This document shows, piece by piece, positions 62,456 through 64,000 of a DNA stretch of 64,000 bases. Numbering within the stretch: the stretch's first letter is position 1; every line of letters begins with the position of its first letter. The stretch spans positions 64,001-128,000 of IMG/VR virus record IMGVR_UViG_3300035498_000621. One strand, written 5' to 3'. A program made the position numbers and the translations under genes. A model generated the notes under the pieces. The model worked only from the letters and a program-made list of their open reading frames with translations, was not told where the DNA came from and made no database searches. Source of the stretch: a virus. Lineage: Duplodnaviria > Caudoviricetes.

Positions 62456-64000
62456 TTATTCACTATCAGGAAAAGATACAGAAGAAGATACAGTTCTAAA
62501 TCCAGCTGTAATGCTTGATACAGTCACAGCAGTAGCACTAAAACTCTATCTACAAAGACCTGAATCAGTGGCAAGATTTGAATATCCACCTACCATAACT
62601 GTACAGAATGGAATTTGGTTAATAATATCATAATAATTACATTTATATGTTGTACTAGTAGCTCCATACGACTTTGGTATAATATTAGCATTATTTTCTA
62701 GACCAAATTCTTTTATATATCCATTTGTATATGGTATTATTGTAGAAATTCGTTCATAACTATCATTTAAAATATCAGCAAATTTACTTGAATCCTAACA
62801 AGTATATACATAAACTCCATCATGAGCATTCTAATCTGAATCAATAAGTACGCCATCAAGATTAGTCCAAATATCTCCAAATGGATTATCAAATCCACGC
62901 CAACGAGGAACAGATATAAAATAATTATAAGTACTTGTCTAATAAGTATTACGAGTACAATCTATAGTAATATTACAATTATCTTGAATTTCAGTAAAAT
63001 ATATAAATTTATTATAACTGCTACCGTATGATTCCCAATCTACATTATAAGTGCCATCTTCAGACACTTCTAATATTGTATTCATATCATTACTAGTACC
63101 TTCTTTGAATATTATTTTCTATTCATCAGTTAACCCAGAAATTGTATATGAAATAGTTCCCCAAACATTATCAGATGATTGATAAAAAGCATAATTATCA
63201 ATATTTTTCACAGCAGTAATATTCCATGAATTATTTTTAGTAGAACCACTTATTACAGTTGTATCATATCTCCAACTAGAAAAATAAACAGAATATATAT
63301 AGTCAGGAACTTGAATTAACATATCTTTTATTCCTGTACCATTACCCAATTCATTTAAATATCCACAAGGAGTTAATGGGCCTTCATTATTATAATTTGG
63401 AGAAGTTGGGCCTAAAATTGTAACTCCTTTTCCAAGACCTCCTTGATGATATCCATTTTCAGTTAATTCAGAATTATAATCTTCTTTAACATTAAAATTA
63501 GCATATTCTATTACATATAACCAATAAAAAATATTTTTATACTAATCATATGATAGCATCTATGAACCAGCTTTACGAGAACATGACCTCATAAAAGGTC
63601 TTGACAAATTAGTTCTAGGTTTTCCTAAATCACTTCTAAATATATCAATGTCTGTATCATCTGCTCCAGTTAAATATTTATCATAGTCACTTCGATTATC
63701 ACCACCTCTGACTTCTTTTCCGGTATTAACTACAGATATAGCGCTCTATACTGGTAGAGTTGATAAATATCCCATATCAACAGGTAATGAATTTAATATT
63801 GTACTTCTATATGCATCAATTAATATTTCTGGCTAACAAGTCCAAGTGTCATCAATTTTATAAGTTGAAATCCAAACTCTTCTTATATCATCAATACTTT
63901 CAGATTTAATATAAAAAGTAGGACAATAAATTCTCACTGTACCATCATATCCATCAAGTCTTGATCCTACCTCTAGAAACATTCCTTCGTCTTCTAGGCC
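62456..64000 (-). CDS. tail fibre/receptor-binding protein, 3' part (5' end outside the window), CLec-like C-terminus, code 15
   Basis: RLDGYDG.V, GLGKGVT, PCGYLNELGNGTG, VPRWRGFDNPFGDIW..DG, terminal VGG...SGL...AGFR; includes fragment 63119-63349. Confidence 0.75.

Noticed and set aside
210-64000. Decayed prophage or mass pseudogenisation as the cause of fragmented ORFs
   Set aside because: Interruptions are only TAG, I found no frameshifts, catalytic motifs are intact and genes tile with overlaps

Overview
Very AT-rich, single-orientation (all real genes on the - strand) 64-kb segment of a large crAss-like phage (Crassvirales; Bacteroidota host inferred from gene content and TAnnTTTG promoters). 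The supplied ORF track is shattered because the phage reads TAG as glutamine (code 15). Fragments of one gene stay in frame across TAGs, every reconstructed gene ends in TAA/TGA, many junctions are ATGA/TAATG overlaps, and TAG sits at conserved Gln positions (e.g. the endolysin PG-binding LQ and FQ). Read that way, the window runs right to left as: tail fibre with a CLec-like tip, DUF4376 chaperone, membrane protein, an insulated five-gene module of unknown function, amidase endolysin, structural protein, scaffold, major capsid protein, portal-vertex/ring/auxiliary capsid proteins, two halves of a muzzle/stabilisation protein, several internal proteins sharing a [FY]-[KQ]-x-G-G motif, and four giant cargo proteins. 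The giants are an SF1-helicase protein (3006 aa), the virion RNA polymerase (3314 aa, split by two group I introns, each carrying a homing endonuclease in loop L1), a zincin protein (814 aa) and a degenerate PD-(D/E)xK protein (1520 aa). Most notable: (1) paired terminal cysteines at each junction of the four giant proteins; (2) intron-internal promoters that would yield 5'-exon-less, trans-splicing-like ribozymes; (3) non-random placement of amber codons; (4) the shared FxxGG signal; (5) the uncharacterised five-gene module. No tRNA, CRISPR, terminase, portal or reverse transcriptase is visible. Coordinates were derived by hand and long genes were frame-checked at ORF-track fragments, not codon by codon; family names come from motif recognition, not searches.
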